From assembly GCA_016208965.1 (NCBI GenBank), contig JACQXB010000004.1:12914-76913 (forward strand): a stretch of 64,000 nt of DNA. The letters are read 5' to 3'. Source of the stretch: Nitrospirota bacterium. Its GTDB lineage: Bacteria; Nitrospirota; Thermodesulfovibrionia; UBA6902; DSMQ01. Below are positions 37,968 through 48,030 of this stretch, in pieces. A model generated the notes under the pieces. It saw only the letters and a list, made by a program, of their open reading frames with translations. It did no database searches and had not been told where the DNA came from. Every line of letters starts with the position of its first letter. Position 1 is the first letter of the stretch. Both the position numbers and the translations under genes were made by a program.

Positions 37968-38079
37968 TAAAATCTCCCCTAACCCCTCTTTGCCAAAGAG
38001 GGGAATATACACCCCTAAATCCCCTCTTAATAGAGGGGAAAAGTCCCCCTTTTACAAAGGGGGATGGAGGGGGATTTTT
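37968..38079. repeat. Cluster of three palindromes of the GGGG/CCCC family between the FecR-like gene and wza
   Basis: cccctctttgccaaagagggg, cccctcttaatagagggg, cccccttttacaaaggggg, with outer aaaatctcccc...gggggatttt. Confidence 0.9.
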
Positions 38080-38149
38080 ATTAATCCGTTGTGTCTCTTT
38101 GAGACATGTGTGTTTCATTGTTCCGGACATTATAGATATTCCCATTCTG

Positions 38150-38833
38150 TCAAAAGTTGTGCACATCTTTGATGTAAGCCCTCCTTTGCTGCAACGTAAT
38201 CACAGAAGGTTGTGAAGGCGGGGTCTTCTCTTTTACAATTGTTTTCTGATTTACGCTAAGCCTGATTACCCCCACTGTCAGGAAAGAGATGTTCTTGACG
38301 CTCACTCCGCTGTCAAGCACAGCCACTTCTGTTTCAGCAGGCAAAACCGCAACCACAAAATCAGCGATATTAGCCGTTACCAGAGCCTTATCAGTTTCCA
38401 CCGTAAAACCTGAACCTCTGCTTCTGTATTTATGGATAACAAACCTTGTCTTCCCCTTCAGAACCTTTACAACAGCCTTCCTCCTGTTACTCACAGAATC
38501 ATATACATATTGATTCACCCTTAAACCTGCCTCTGATGACATATTAATAACTGAATCATCTGTAAACACAATCTGCGCCCTTGAATCCTTTCCTGTCTGC
38601 AATATATCGGTCACGGAAATATCGTCTCCTTCTTTTGCGGCAACGGCTTTCTCAAGTCCAGTTCTTTTTATAGTAACGGTTCCGTCTATAAGAATAAGTT
38701 TACCAACTAATGCATCCGCCGCCAAATTGCTCACAGGCAGCAATAGGATAGAGAAAATCACCAGAGAGGGATAAATCCTCTTCCTGAGTCCTAACCAAAA
38801 AAGATAAAACCGGTCAATATACTTACATCGCAA
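38150..38833 (-). CDS. FecR-domain protein
   Basis: GKLILIDGTVTIKR...GDDISVTDILQTGKDSRAQIVFTDDSVINMSSEAGLRV fits the FecR pattern; signal/TM at the N-terminus. Confidence 0.6.
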   Translation of the reverse strand: MRCKYIDRFYLFWLGLRKRIYPSLVIFSILLLPVSNLAADALVGKLILIDGTVTIKRTGLEKAVAAKEGDDISVTDILQTGKDSRAQIVFTDDSVINMSSEAGLRVNQYVYDSVSNRRKAVVKVLKGKTRFVIHKYRSRGSGFTVETDKALVTANIADFVVAVLPAETEVAVLDSGVSVKNISFLTVGVIRLSVNQKTIVKEKTPPSQPSVITLQQRRAYIKDVHNF

Positions 38834-40001
38834 AGTTTATAGCAAACATATAGGAATTCTCTTTATAATCATTTGTGTCTATATTAGAATTCCTCTCCCT
38901 GTGATTATAATCTATGGCAAACTCCAGCCAATCCCTCATCTGATACTTCAGACCTGCGCCTGCGGCAGTTGTAATATCATTTCTGACCTTTGTCTCAGGG
39001 GCAATAGCATCTGAAAACTTATCCTCTCCGTAAGAGCCTCTGACAACACCGGCTATTTTATAGGTAAACTTGTGCATGAATTCACCATACATTCCTGTAG
39101 TTGCAATGTATCTGGCGCCCTGAAGGGTTGTCTCATTCACTACCCTCTGCCCTACCATCTTGAGAGATGTGTAATCTGAAAATTCGTGGTTCAGATCAAT
39201 TGATGCAGCCCATGTTCTAAAGTCCTTAAGAGTCGACGATTCAAAGTTCTTCCACGTATAGCCGCCTTTCACTGTTCCCTTTGATTTTTCAGTAATCTCC
39301 CATGTCGCTCCCAAAAGTACGCTGTTCACTTTATTATCCAGCGTAATTGTAGACTGGTCAAAATCAACCTGCTTATGGTCATATTCAACAAAGGCAGATG
39401 TCTTTGGAAGAATCCTGTAGTACAGATAGGTTGAGATTAAATCCTCTCCCCTGTCCCTGAACTGGCTTGATTTAAATTTCCATGTGGTCTTTGAATAATC
39501 CATTTTAACTTTAGATACATCCACAAGTTTATATGATGCAGAGGCAGAGGCTGTGTTTGCAGTATATTTCTCTATAAGTCCTGTAGTTGATGAACTTCTC
39601 GGCTCATGCCTCTTTGCATACACATCCTGCAGGGTTAAGCCCAGCCTGCGTCCAAACCTAAAATCCATAAAACCATTGGCATTCTCGTCCGTGCTGTTTT
39701 CATCATGATACTTTTCATATTTGGTAAAGACCTTGTTATATTCAGCGCCTATCTTGTGCTCCCTGAACGGGAACAGCAGCTTCAGACCCGGCATTATTGT
39801 TGTTATATAATCATGCGTTTTATCGGTGGCAGCAGAATATATATTGTCGCTGTATGTTTCATTGGCTGATATATAAGGATGAATCTCCAGTGAACCGATG
39901 TGCAGATTTCGCTCTCCTACAGATAGAGCCGGCACAGACAGGACCGCTAAAAACAACAGCAGCGATAATAAGCGTTTAAAGCACCACAACCGCCTCTTCA
40001 C
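38823..40001 (-). CDS. Outer-membrane beta-barrel protein (EPS-locus associated)
   Basis: Signal peptide, alternating amphipathic strands rich in Y/G/T, operon position next to the export genes. Confidence 0.55.
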   Translation of the reverse strand: MKRRLWCFKRLLSLLLFLAVLSVPALSVGERNLHIGSLEIHPYISANETYSDNIYSAATDKTHDYITTIMPGLKLLFPFREHKIGAEYNKVFTKYEKYHDENSTDENANGFMDFRFGRRLGLTLQDVYAKRHEPRSSSTTGLIEKYTANTASASASYKLVDVSKVKMDYSKTTWKFKSSQFRDRGEDLISTYLYYRILPKTSAFVEYDHKQVDFDQSTITLDNKVNSVLLGATWEITEKSKGTVKGGYTWKNFESSTLKDFRTWAASIDLNHEFSDYTSLKMVGQRVVNETTLQGARYIATTGMYGEFMHKFTYKIAGVVRGSYGEDKFSDAIAPETKVRNDITTAAGAGLKYQMRDWLEFAIDYNHRERNSNIDTNDYKENSYMFAINFAM

Positions 40002-40015
40002 TTCCGCTCACACTA

Positions 40016-40642
40016 TCACTTAGGCTTGCACTTGCAATTGCACTTGGGCTTGGGCTTATGCTTAGTCGTGGGACGAGTACAATCACAGTCTATGCCGCAG
40101 CCTTTGCCGCCTGTAAGAATAGGAGCTGGCGTATAGCTTGCAGTAGACGTTATAGTTATAGTTCTCTCTGCCGACGACGTGTAACCGAATACAGGCGCCG
40201 GTGACGAAGTAGCTAAAGCAACAGCGGTTGCTACCGCTGAAGGAGACACTCCCGCATTCACTGCAGCTTTGGCTACTGCATTTTCAGAAGCGCCTGCTTT
40301 TATAGCGGCATTAACAACGGCATCCAGAGACGCTCCTGATTTTATAGCGCCAGCCACAACTCCATTCACTGAATAGCCTTCTTCAATATTTGCTGTATAG
40401 ACTATAAGCACCGGATCAGCGCCAGCCTTTATAGCAGTGGTTACAGCGCCTTCTATGCTCTCCCCTGAATCTACTGCCTTCTTAAGCAATTTCCTTGTCT
40501 CTGTCTTTGCTGCTACATCTGCCTTAATCTTAGCAGTCTTTGTATCCTCTGCCACAGCATGTAAAGGAAACACCATGCTGAATAAGAATAAAAATAAAAT
40601 AGATAATAACCCCAGAGATCCTTTGGATAAAAACTTTGTCAT
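40016..40642 (-). CDS. Secreted Ala-rich repeat protein with a Cys/Lys-rich C-terminal tail
   Basis: Signal peptide. Repeated AIK(A/S)GA(D/S) helical motif. Tail GGKGCGIDCDCTRPTTKHKPKPKCNCKCKPK. No family recognised. Confidence 0.5.
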   Translation of the reverse strand: MTKFLSKGSLGLLSILFLFLFSMVFPLHAVAEDTKTAKIKADVAAKTETRKLLKKAVDSGESIEGAVTTAIKAGADPVLIVYTANIEEGYSVNGVVAGAIKSGASLDAVVNAAIKAGASENAVAKAAVNAGVSPSAVATAVALATSSPAPVFGYTSSAERTITITSTASYTPAPILTGGKGCGIDCDCTRPTTKHKPKPKCNCKCKPK

Positions 40643-40941
40643 AAGCTTACCTCCTCATATTATTCGCATTTGTACAATCTGTATGTTGTCCCTTCCTTTA
40701 GTTGCCAATGGCTCGTAGAGAAGCATGAAAGACTCTCTACGAAATATTAAGCTACAAACTCCTTTTTGTCAACCCCTAAATTCCATTTCTAAGAGAGGTC
40801 AAGACTTTTCAGTCTGTTGAAAAAGCCCTCAACAGCCTTGATTACACCGATTAGGGAACATGAATGATAGAAGTGTATAAATTAACTCTAATACTTCTTG
40901 TCTTGATGCTAAATTTTGTGATACACTTGATAAGTAAAAAC

Positions 40942-41454
40942 ATGAAAAATGGAAAAAAATATATTCTCCTGGGGGTTATAATAATCGCTTCGGGAGTGTA
41001 TCTGACGCAAGAAAAGGGTGACCGTTTGGATTATAATCTGCCAAGAATTTCAAGGATTAACACTGAGGATTTAACCATGATCATGATTACAAAGATAGAC
41101 TCAACCATAACACTGGAAAGAAATAATGACCATTGGCTCATATTGCCTGATGGCTATGTTGCCGATAAGAAAAAGGTAGATGAAATAATCAGGGCTATTG
41201 TAGAGTTGAATATCGTTATGCTAATCTCTGATACTAATGATTATGTAGTTTATGGTCTTGATGATAGAAATAAAATTACTGTTACAGCGTATGGTGGTGG
41301 TACTGTTTTGAGAGAGTTTGAAATAGGCAATACAGGACCTTCCCGCTTACACACTTTTGTAAAGTTAACAAATGACAAAAGGATTTATTATGCAAAAAAC
41401 ACCTTCCGTAGTAATTTTGACCTTACGACTGCTGAACTAGGAACTGACCATTAA
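40942..41454 (+). CDS. Hypothetical N-terminally anchored protein (DUF4340-like)
   Basis: Start chosen at MKNGKKYILLGVIIIASGVYL; the ORF opens at 40864. The weak resemblance to DUF4340 is from memory only. Confidence 0.4.
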   Translation: MKNGKKYILLGVIIIASGVYLTQEKGDRLDYNLPRISRINTEDLTMIMITKIDSTITLERNNDHWLILPDGYVADKKKVDEIIRAIVELNIVMLISDTNDYVVYGLDDRNKITVTAYGGGTVLREFEIGNTGPSRLHTFVKLTNDKRIYYAKNTFRSNFDLTTAELGTDH

Positions 41455-41515
41455 CCCCATTAAACTCATAAAACATTTTCACGGAGGCTCATAAATCAAT
41501 GTATAAACCCTTTAT

Positions 41516-42352
41516 TTGATAATCAGTCGGAGAATACATCATTTGAAAGCCACTATTTTTTCATTAACCATTTTCTTGATTATTTTTTTTGTTGACTGTG
41601 TTAATGCGGTAGATTTTGGTATTGGTATACATAGTGGTTACGGCATAATAAAATATAAGGAGCAGACTTCTGCCTTTGGAACCAACATTGAGTCAGAATC
41701 TAAACAGAATGTAGTTCTCTTTGGAGTATCAGGGGAATATTCTTTAAAAAAACCCGGAAACTTTTATATCGGTATTGTCACTGATTGGGCATCTGGTTTA
41801 AAGGATGAAGAAAGATGGCGTGAAAACGACATTCAAATTCAGACAAACGATGTAAAGTTTTTTGGCGAATTCTATGACTTTAGATTTGGCTACAAAAATA
41901 CATCTGATAATTTGTATTACAGGGTTCATATATCAGGGGGTTGGGATGGCTTGCATTTCAAAGGAGACAATATTATTCAAGAGGGGATTTCTGTATCAGG
42001 TAGTATTAAAAAGGACATTAGTCTGTGGAGAATAGGCGCAGGATTTGGAGCGGGGTATAGGCTCGGGAAATGGGCACTTGATGGAAGGCTTATGTATAAC
42101 TATTATCCAAAAGGCGAAGTAGAGAATAGCTTATATCCAGGCATTACATTTGATACCAATGGAACATGTTTTGATGGGGGGCTGGGAATAGGCAGGCAGA
42201 TTACTCGGAATCTGAGTTTTTACACAGGACTGAGCTATACATTAATAAAACTTAAAGAAGATATAAAAAGAAGTGGTTCTCAGTTAGTAGTTTTCCCTGA
42301 TAGCAAGACTGAGATGGTTCTTGGAATGGTAAATATAACTTATGCATTTTAG
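41516..42352 (+). CDS. Outer-membrane beta-barrel protein
   Basis: Signal peptide ...FFVDCVNA, Gly/Tyr-rich alternating strands, C-terminal YAF. Start is TTG at 41516 or 41543. Confidence 0.55.
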   Translation: MIISRRIHHLKATIFSLTIFLIIFFVDCVNAVDFGIGIHSGYGIIKYKEQTSAFGTNIESESKQNVVLFGVSGEYSLKKPGNFYIGIVTDWASGLKDEERWRENDIQIQTNDVKFFGEFYDFRFGYKNTSDNLYYRVHISGGWDGLHFKGDNIIQEGISVSGSIKKDISLWRIGAGFGAGYRLGKWALDGRLMYNYYPKGEVENSLYPGITFDTNGTCFDGGLGIGRQITRNLSFYTGLSYTLIKLKEDIKRSGSQLVVFPDSKTEMVLGMVNITYAF

Positions 42353-42464
42353 TGAATTTCGGAAGATAAGCCACTTCTTCCATCCACAGTAATAACAGGA
42401 AATGCAGGACAAATAGAATAATATTTCTATAGAGGATACAGTTCAGTTAAACTAACGGATTAAG

Positions 42465-43217
42465 ATGGAAAGACTCTACAGGCAATATAAAAATCTCATA
42501 GATGATGAAGTAAGGATGCTGGCCTTGCAACGGAAGATAATCGACGTAAAGCCAATCCTGCAATCTATGTATAAAAGTTTTTATTCAGAGATAGAGAGAT
42601 TCATTCCAGAGGATGGTTTAAATGTTGAGTTCGGCACAGGGCATGGATATACCAAAACATATTTTAAGAATTTGACCCAAACAGACAGATTACTTACACC
42701 GAATATTGCTCTATGCCATGATGCACATGACCTACCTTATAAAGACAATACACTGGATACAATATTGTTATTAGGCGTTTTGCACCATATGAGTGACCCT
42801 CAGAAATTCTTTAATGAATCAAAAAGGGTTTTAAAAAAGGGGGGGAAGATTTTGATGGTTGAACCTTATATAAGTCTATTTTCATACCCTGTATATAAGC
42901 TCACACATCCCCACGAAAAGGTTGACCTGCATTCTATAACACACAACTCAAAAAAATACCACCTCCTTGAGGCTAACCTTGGCATACCCACAATCTTTTT
43001 TAAAAAGGAGAAGGAATTCGAAAAAAGTCATCCTGGCCTGAGAATTATTTATAAAAGCTATCACACAATTTTCTTGTTCTTTTTATCCGGTGGGTATAGC
43101 TATCCAAACTTTCTGCCGAAGTTCTTACTGCCTCTGCTTTTATGGATTGAAGGGATACTGGGTCCGCTGGGGAAGTGGCTCGGTTCAATGATGACAATAG
43201 TTATCCAGAAAGATTAA
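42465..43217 (+). CDS. Class I SAM-dependent methyltransferase
   Basis: LDTILLLGVLHHMSDPQKFFNESKRVLKKGGKILMVEP (Methyltransf_11-like). Confidence 0.78.
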   Translation: MERLYRQYKNLIDDEVRMLALQRKIIDVKPILQSMYKSFYSEIERFIPEDGLNVEFGTGHGYTKTYFKNLTQTDRLLTPNIALCHDAHDLPYKDNTLDTILLLGVLHHMSDPQKFFNESKRVLKKGGKILMVEPYISLFSYPVYKLTHPHEKVDLHSITHNSKKYHLLEANLGIPTIFFKKEKEFEKSHPGLRIIYKSYHTIFLFFLSGGYSYPNFLPKFLLPLLLWIEGILGPLGKWLGSMMTIVIQKD

Positions 43218-43234
43218 TATTCCTTCATTCCTTT

Positions 43235-45343
43235 CTATTCTATGAACCTTAATATCTTATAGTTTTCATCAAAATATACAACCTTAAATCTCTCTTTATG
43301 GCCAATCCAGTAGAAACTGAGTAGAACTTTTTTTTCTTTCTCTATCCACTTGTTTTCTACTGAATTTGTTTTGATTAAGACATACGAAACCTTACTCTCT
43401 CTTAATCTTTTTATCCAGTCATTGTATGTATCAGATACAATATATACAATCTTGTTTGAAAATTCCCTATTCCACAAGGGTGAAAGAAACAGCGGTTCAA
43501 AGGTAAAGGCAAGTACATCTCCCTTTGTAATGTTTTTACTTATCCATATCCAGTATCCGTATTCCTTACGTACATGTAAATCTATATTAAAAGGTGCATG
43601 TCTTGCTATTGTTCGTTCCTTCGCTGGCAGATGAAAAAATTCTTTAATCTTTACAGGCATAATGGCTGGTGAATTTGCAGAAAGAAAGGTATATACTACA
43701 AGCAACAATGCAATAATTTTCAATTCCCTTCCTCTTTTATCAAAACACTCAAGCATAAGCCCAAAAGATACAGCACCCAGACCTATGATAAAAATAACAT
43801 ATCTCGTATTCCAGCTACGGGGATATATAAGAAAGGTAACAATAAGAATTAAACTCACAAATAAAAAGCCCTTTCTTTTTACGGCGTAAAAAAAGGCAGT
43901 CACTATGCTCGGCAGGAACAAGATAAACCATATAGGTCCAAATCCACTAAGTCTTGAATCATAAAGATAATATTCCACCCTTTCCATCCATACATAGAAT
44001 AATTTTCCCAGTGGTGATAAATTACTTATAACATCATGGACTGGTTCTATTATCCCTTTGAACTGTCCTTTAAAGACAATTATATTAAGATATGAGATGT
44101 CTATGGGGTATAAGGGGTTATTATAAATAACCCAATTCTTCATATACCAGTAACCCCCTGTTAAAAACACAGGGACGATAAAATAAACTGCATATGTCAT
44201 AAAAGTTTCTTTCACCCCGTTAGAAACTCTATTTCTAACGGGGTTCACTATATATTCTTTATATCCTGAAGAAATAATGTTAATTGGTTTTTTGCACTTT
44301 ATAAATTCTTGGATTATGACCATGAGTGATAGAACCACGACAAATAACAGACCCGATCCCTTTGAGCCCAGTAAAATTCCGGCTGATAATCCAGCTAAAA
44401 GAATGGGTATTCTGTCATTCCGAGCCCTTTGCTTTCTGTCATTCTGATGCCTCCCGATGCTTCGGGACGGCAGAAAAATCTCGCTTGAGATTGCTTCGTC
44501 CCGAAATGTCGGGACTCGCAATGACAGGTGAGAGACAAGAAAGTTTATAGCAATGAGAAATAGCACTGCTACAGCAACATCCGCATAGTTTGTTGTAGAT
44601 TGCAAAATTATTATGGGGGTAAAGAAAAACAGCAGTGAAGAGTAAATCGCATATTTTTCTTTTATCCCTGCCTTTATGGCAATGCTGTAAATCGTAAGAA
44701 CCCCTACAATGGTAAAAGGCAGCTGGCTTAAATCTACTATAACGTCATTTCTTAAAAATATAACATTCCATAAAAAAAATAATTCTATATTCTTAGGCAG
44801 GGCATTTAGAACCACATCAATAAATAAGAAGGGAGGGCTATCTTGTATTGCACCGCTCTGTATAATGCGCCCCATTGACGGAAGGTGATACCATAGGGCA
44901 TCCCATGTATATGAAGGGAAGAGATAGCCCAGAAAAATTAACCAGAGTATAGATATTAAAAAAAGTCCAAAGAGAAATAATAGTATTCCATCGCCCCTAA
45001 TTATGCTCAGAAACCGATTTAACTCATTTTTAACCTCTTTAAGAATATCCCTTAAAAGGACAAAGGGCTGTCCACTTTGTATAAAGACAAAAATCAACAC
45101 AAGTGATGACACGGAAATATTTAATATAAAAAGAGGCATTGCATATAGCCCTTTGAACAAAATACCTAAGAGCATTTCTGTTACCACTATCTGCGTTAGC
45201 CCCAAAATAAATGCGCCTATTAGTCTGTCGATAAAAGATAAGAAATGTCTTTTGTTAAAAAGGAATATATACCACGAAGAAAACAAAAGGATATTTATAA
45301 GCAGATAAATAGCAACATTAAAAGGTTTCATTTCACCATACAA
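43235..45343 (-). CDS. Large polytopic membrane protein, GT-C (ArnT/PMT-like) glycosyltransferase candidate
   Basis: 702 aa with more than 12 TM helices and a soluble C-terminal domain. Contains an in-frame repeat-element insert (see 44414-44525). Confidence 0.45.
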   Translation of the reverse strand: MYGEMKPFNVAIYLLINILLFSSWYIFLFNKRHFLSFIDRLIGAFILGLTQIVVTEMLLGILFKGLYAMPLFILNISVSSLVLIFVFIQSGQPFVLLRDILKEVKNELNRFLSIIRGDGILLFLFGLFLISILWLIFLGYLFPSYTWDALWYHLPSMGRIIQSGAIQDSPPFLFIDVVLNALPKNIELFFLWNVIFLRNDVIVDLSQLPFTIVGVLTIYSIAIKAGIKEKYAIYSSLLFFFTPIIILQSTTNYADVAVAVLFLIAINFLVSHLSLRVPTFRDEAISSEIFLPSRSIGRHQNDRKQRARNDRIPILLAGLSAGILLGSKGSGLLFVVVLSLMVIIQEFIKCKKPINIISSGYKEYIVNPVRNRVSNGVKETFMTYAVYFIVPVFLTGGYWYMKNWVIYNNPLYPIDISYLNIIVFKGQFKGIIEPVHDVISNLSPLGKLFYVWMERVEYYLYDSRLSGFGPIWFILFLPSIVTAFFYAVKRKGFLFVSLILIVTFLIYPRSWNTRYVIFIIGLGAVSFGLMLECFDKRGRELKIIALLLVVYTFLSANSPAIMPVKIKEFFHLPAKERTIARHAPFNIDLHVRKEYGYWIWISKNITKGDVLAFTFEPLFLSPLWNREFSNKIVYIVSDTYNDWIKRLRESKVSYVLIKTNSVENKWIEKEKKVLLSFYWIGHKERFKVVYFDENYKILRFIE
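44414..44525. repeat. GTCATTC...AATGAC element (three hairpins) inside ORF 43235..45343
   Basis: tcccgatgcttcggga, aatctcgcttgagatt and gtcccgaaatgtcgggac, enclosed by gtcatt/aatgac. Translated as RVPTFRDEAISSEIFLPSRSIGRHQNDRKQRARND. Confidence 0.85.
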
Positions 45344-46268
45344 TACTCACAGCATCTTTTACTACATCAATCTTTACAGGTAATGTCCCAAAATAGTCTC
45401 CGTCTATCTGGACATGGACATTGCCCTTAGAGGATATTTCAAGCTCTGAGAATTTTCCATAGAAGACATCTTTAAAATTTAAATGCCTTTTCATAATAAC
45501 GCCAAACACAAATCTGAGCAGGTCCATCCTCGTACTGCCTTTAAAAAGGCAGAGGTCAAGCGTTGGCTCTGTAAGGGATGCCCGTGGGGTTACTTTAAAA
45601 TAACCACCATAACAGCTTGCCTTACTAACAACTGCTGTATATCCTGTAGCTACACCCTCTGGAACCTTAATTTCAATTAAAGGCGGATTATATTTTATCA
45701 GGCTATTAACCCCTGAAATGATATGCGCACCCTTGCCTGATATTCTCTTGATATTCTCATTTAACCTAAAAACTGCTTCGCCATCAAACCCTATGCCCGC
45801 CATTAAACAGAAGTGACGAGTGACGAGTGACGAGCGACGAGTAATAACTATCCTTCCGAGTGATACCTTCCGTGGTGTGCCTGTTAATGCCGCATTAACT
45901 GCCTTTTCAATACGCTCTGGAATGCCGAGTTCTTTGGCTAAGACATTTGTTATTCCAACAGGAAGTAAGGCAAGCGGGATGTCCTTCCCTTTCTGGGCAT
46001 ATCCTTCTGATGAGAGTACGCCGTTTATGACTTCATTGAAAGTACCGTCTCCTCCTGCAACAATAATGAGGTCGGTCTTTGTTCCCCTATGAATTGCCTC
46101 AACTGATTCCTTTGCAAACCGGGTTGCGTCACCTTTTTTTTGTGTGATGAATGTTGAAAGCGTGACCTTATCTTTTAATAATTTCTGAGCCTTCTCTATT
46201 GACCTTAGCGCCCCGCCTCCTGCAATAGGGTTTGCAATAAGCCTGACCTTCACGGAGCAAAAATTCAT
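45333..46268 (-). CDS. Diacylglycerol/lipid kinase family protein (YegS/BmrU-like)
   Basis: IIVAGGDGTFNEVINGV, LPVGITN motifs. Confidence 0.85.
   Translation of the reverse strand: MNFCSVKVRLIANPIAGGGALRSIEKAQKLLKDKVTLSTFITQKKGDATRFAKESVEAIHRGTKTDLIIVAGGDGTFNEVINGVLSSEGYAQKGKDIPLALLPVGITNVLAKELGIPERIEKAVNAALTGTPRKVSLGRIVITRRSSLVTRHFCLMAGIGFDGEAVFRLNENIKRISGKGAHIISGVNSLIKYNPPLIEIKVPEGVATGYTAVVSKASCYGGYFKVTPRASLTEPTLDLCLFKGSTRMDLLRFVFGVIMKRHLNFKDVFYGKFSELEISSKGNVHVQIDGDYFGTLPVKIDVVKDAVSIVW
45813..45840. repeat. Heptamer tandem repeat GTGACGA x3 + GCGACGA inside the lipid kinase gene
   Basis: Read directly; translated as RRSSLVTRH on the minus strand. Confidence 0.9.
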
Positions 46269-47053
46269 TTTATGTCTTTAAGGATATCCTTTATATTCAT
46301 AACGGCTCTACAAGGACGGATCCTGTTAATTATAACAGGTGTTCTCTGGAGGTATTCAATTAATTCTTTAAGTTCCCCACCTTTAATAAAAAATGCCCTG
46401 CCGCCGTAAGGGATGCCTCGTTTTTTAATATGCGGCAATCTTATGTAACCGTATGCACTACTCGCGACATATCCTGTCGTATAGTTAGGGTCATCAGATA
46501 TGCAAAGCTCTCCAAGAACCATTGGATAATGATGTACCTTACTGGCTAAAACCAGTGCCTCTTTAACTGTATCATTATTAATGTTGAGTGGTCTCAATAT
46601 TCTTGAGATTACAGTGCTTGCCTTCTCGCTTATTCCCATCCTTGTGACCCTTACGCCCCTCAGTAGATCAGGTTCAAGCCTCACCCCTTCTATATCTATT
46701 AGCATTGCACCTCTCATTGTGATACCAATACTTAATGCCTTAAATGCCTCTTCAACTGCCCTCTTTGAAATACCAACTGCTTGCAATATCTTGGCAGCTG
46801 ATTTTTTTGCAGATTTGAGGTTGCGGGTATTTAGGGTGCAAAGCGGTAAAGAGGATATTTTTTTAGGACTCTCTTTGAGAGTCTCGATTGTTAGGAGTAT
46901 CTCATCAGGTTTCCCCTTCGCATGGGAAATCGCCCTCTCTGTATATTCCTTAACTATGTTAATTATATCCTTCTCGCTGTATATCCCCTCAGCTCCTGAG
47001 ATGTGGAATCCTTCTCTGGATGCGCGCATCCTTATACTAAAAGATCTTCTCAT
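46265..47053 (-). CDS. bioW: 6-carboxyhexanoate--CoA ligase (pimeloyl-CoA synthetase)
   Basis: SIRMRAS, HISGAE, GVRVTRMG, KEALVLASKV, ELCISDDPNYTTGYVAS and GGRAFFI track the remembered B. subtilis BioW. Confidence 0.88.
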   Translation of the reverse strand: MRRSFSIRMRASREGFHISGAEGIYSEKDIINIVKEYTERAISHAKGKPDEILLTIETLKESPKKISSLPLCTLNTRNLKSAKKSAAKILQAVGISKRAVEEAFKALSIGITMRGAMLIDIEGVRLEPDLLRGVRVTRMGISEKASTVISRILRPLNINNDTVKEALVLASKVHHYPMVLGELCISDDPNYTTGYVASSAYGYIRLPHIKKRGIPYGGRAFFIKGGELKELIEYLQRTPVIINRIRPCRAVMNIKDILKDIK

Positions 47054-48024
47054 AACTCAAGCCCCATGTCTTTAATCATCTGTAAGTCATCCCGGGGGTT
47101 TCTGCCTGGTGTTGTAAGATAATTTCCAATGAGTAAACTATCAGCTCCAGCTATAAAAACATAAGAATGTAATTCCCTTAATGTTGCTGCTCTTCCACCG
47201 CATATCCTTATTTCACATTGAGGGAGGATAAGCCTGTATATTGCAATTATTTTTAGTGCCTCAAGCGGATTTAGTAAATTCTTATCTCCTAATGGCGTTC
47301 CGCGGATAGGTGTAAAAAAATTAATAGGAATAGAATCAACCCCAATCTCACGGAGGGCAAATGCCATATCAATGCGGTCTTCCCATGACTCACCAAGGCC
47401 AAATATCCCACCACTGCAAATAGAAAGCCCGAGGGATTTTGCTGAATTGATTGTCTTTATCTTCTCCCTGTAGGTATGCGTTGTGCATATTTCTCTAAAG
47501 AATGCCTCTGATGTCTCAAGGTTGTGATGATACCTATGTAAACCTGCGTCTCTTAGCTGTTTAAGAACCTTATTATCAAGCAGTCCAAGTGTTGCGCAGG
47601 GAAAAAGTCCTAACTTGCTTATATCAGAAATAAAATTACATATATCGCTTATCTCTGCATCAAAAGGTTTCTTTCCGCTTGTCACTACACAGAAGCGCTT
47701 TGCACCATTTTCTTTTGCGGATTCAGCAGCGCCTAATATTTTATCCTTATCAAGCAAAGGATATATCTCTGTCTCAGTAGAGCTATATACAGATTGGGCA
47801 CAAAAGGAACAGTCCTCAGGGCACGCGCCTGATTTGGCATTTACAATTGAGCATAAATCAACCTTATTACCCCTGAAATCCGTTCTTATCCTGTTTGACA
47901 GTGCAAAAAGTTCAAAGACTTGAGAGTTGCTCAGTCCTGCAAGGTATAAGGCAGACTCCTTATCTATGTTGTTAATCTTTGTCCCAAAGCGTTGGGATTG
48001 AATATTAAACTCTGTGAGATGCAT
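47050..48024 (-). CDS. bioB: Biotin synthase
   Basis: Radical SAM CPEDCSFCAQS, YHHNLETS, GGIFGLGE. Confidence 0.95.
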   Translation of the reverse strand: MHLTEFNIQSQRFGTKINNIDKESALYLAGLSNSQVFELFALSNRIRTDFRGNKVDLCSIVNAKSGACPEDCSFCAQSVYSSTETEIYPLLDKDKILGAAESAKENGAKRFCVVTSGKKPFDAEISDICNFISDISKLGLFPCATLGLLDNKVLKQLRDAGLHRYHHNLETSEAFFREICTTHTYREKIKTINSAKSLGLSICSGGIFGLGESWEDRIDMAFALREIGVDSIPINFFTPIRGTPLGDKNLLNPLEALKIIAIYRLILPQCEIRICGGRAATLRELHSYVFIAGADSLLIGNYLTTPGRNPRDDLQMIKDMGLEL

Positions 48025-48030
48025 AATTAT

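Noticed and set aside
37945-38166. N-terminal 74-codon extension of the Wza-like ORF (contains PPPSPFVKGG...)
   Set aside because: The extension translates the palindrome cluster at 37968-38079. A proper signal peptide begins at the internal Met (37944). This is probably intergenic sequence, so it is not counted as an intragenic repeat insertion.
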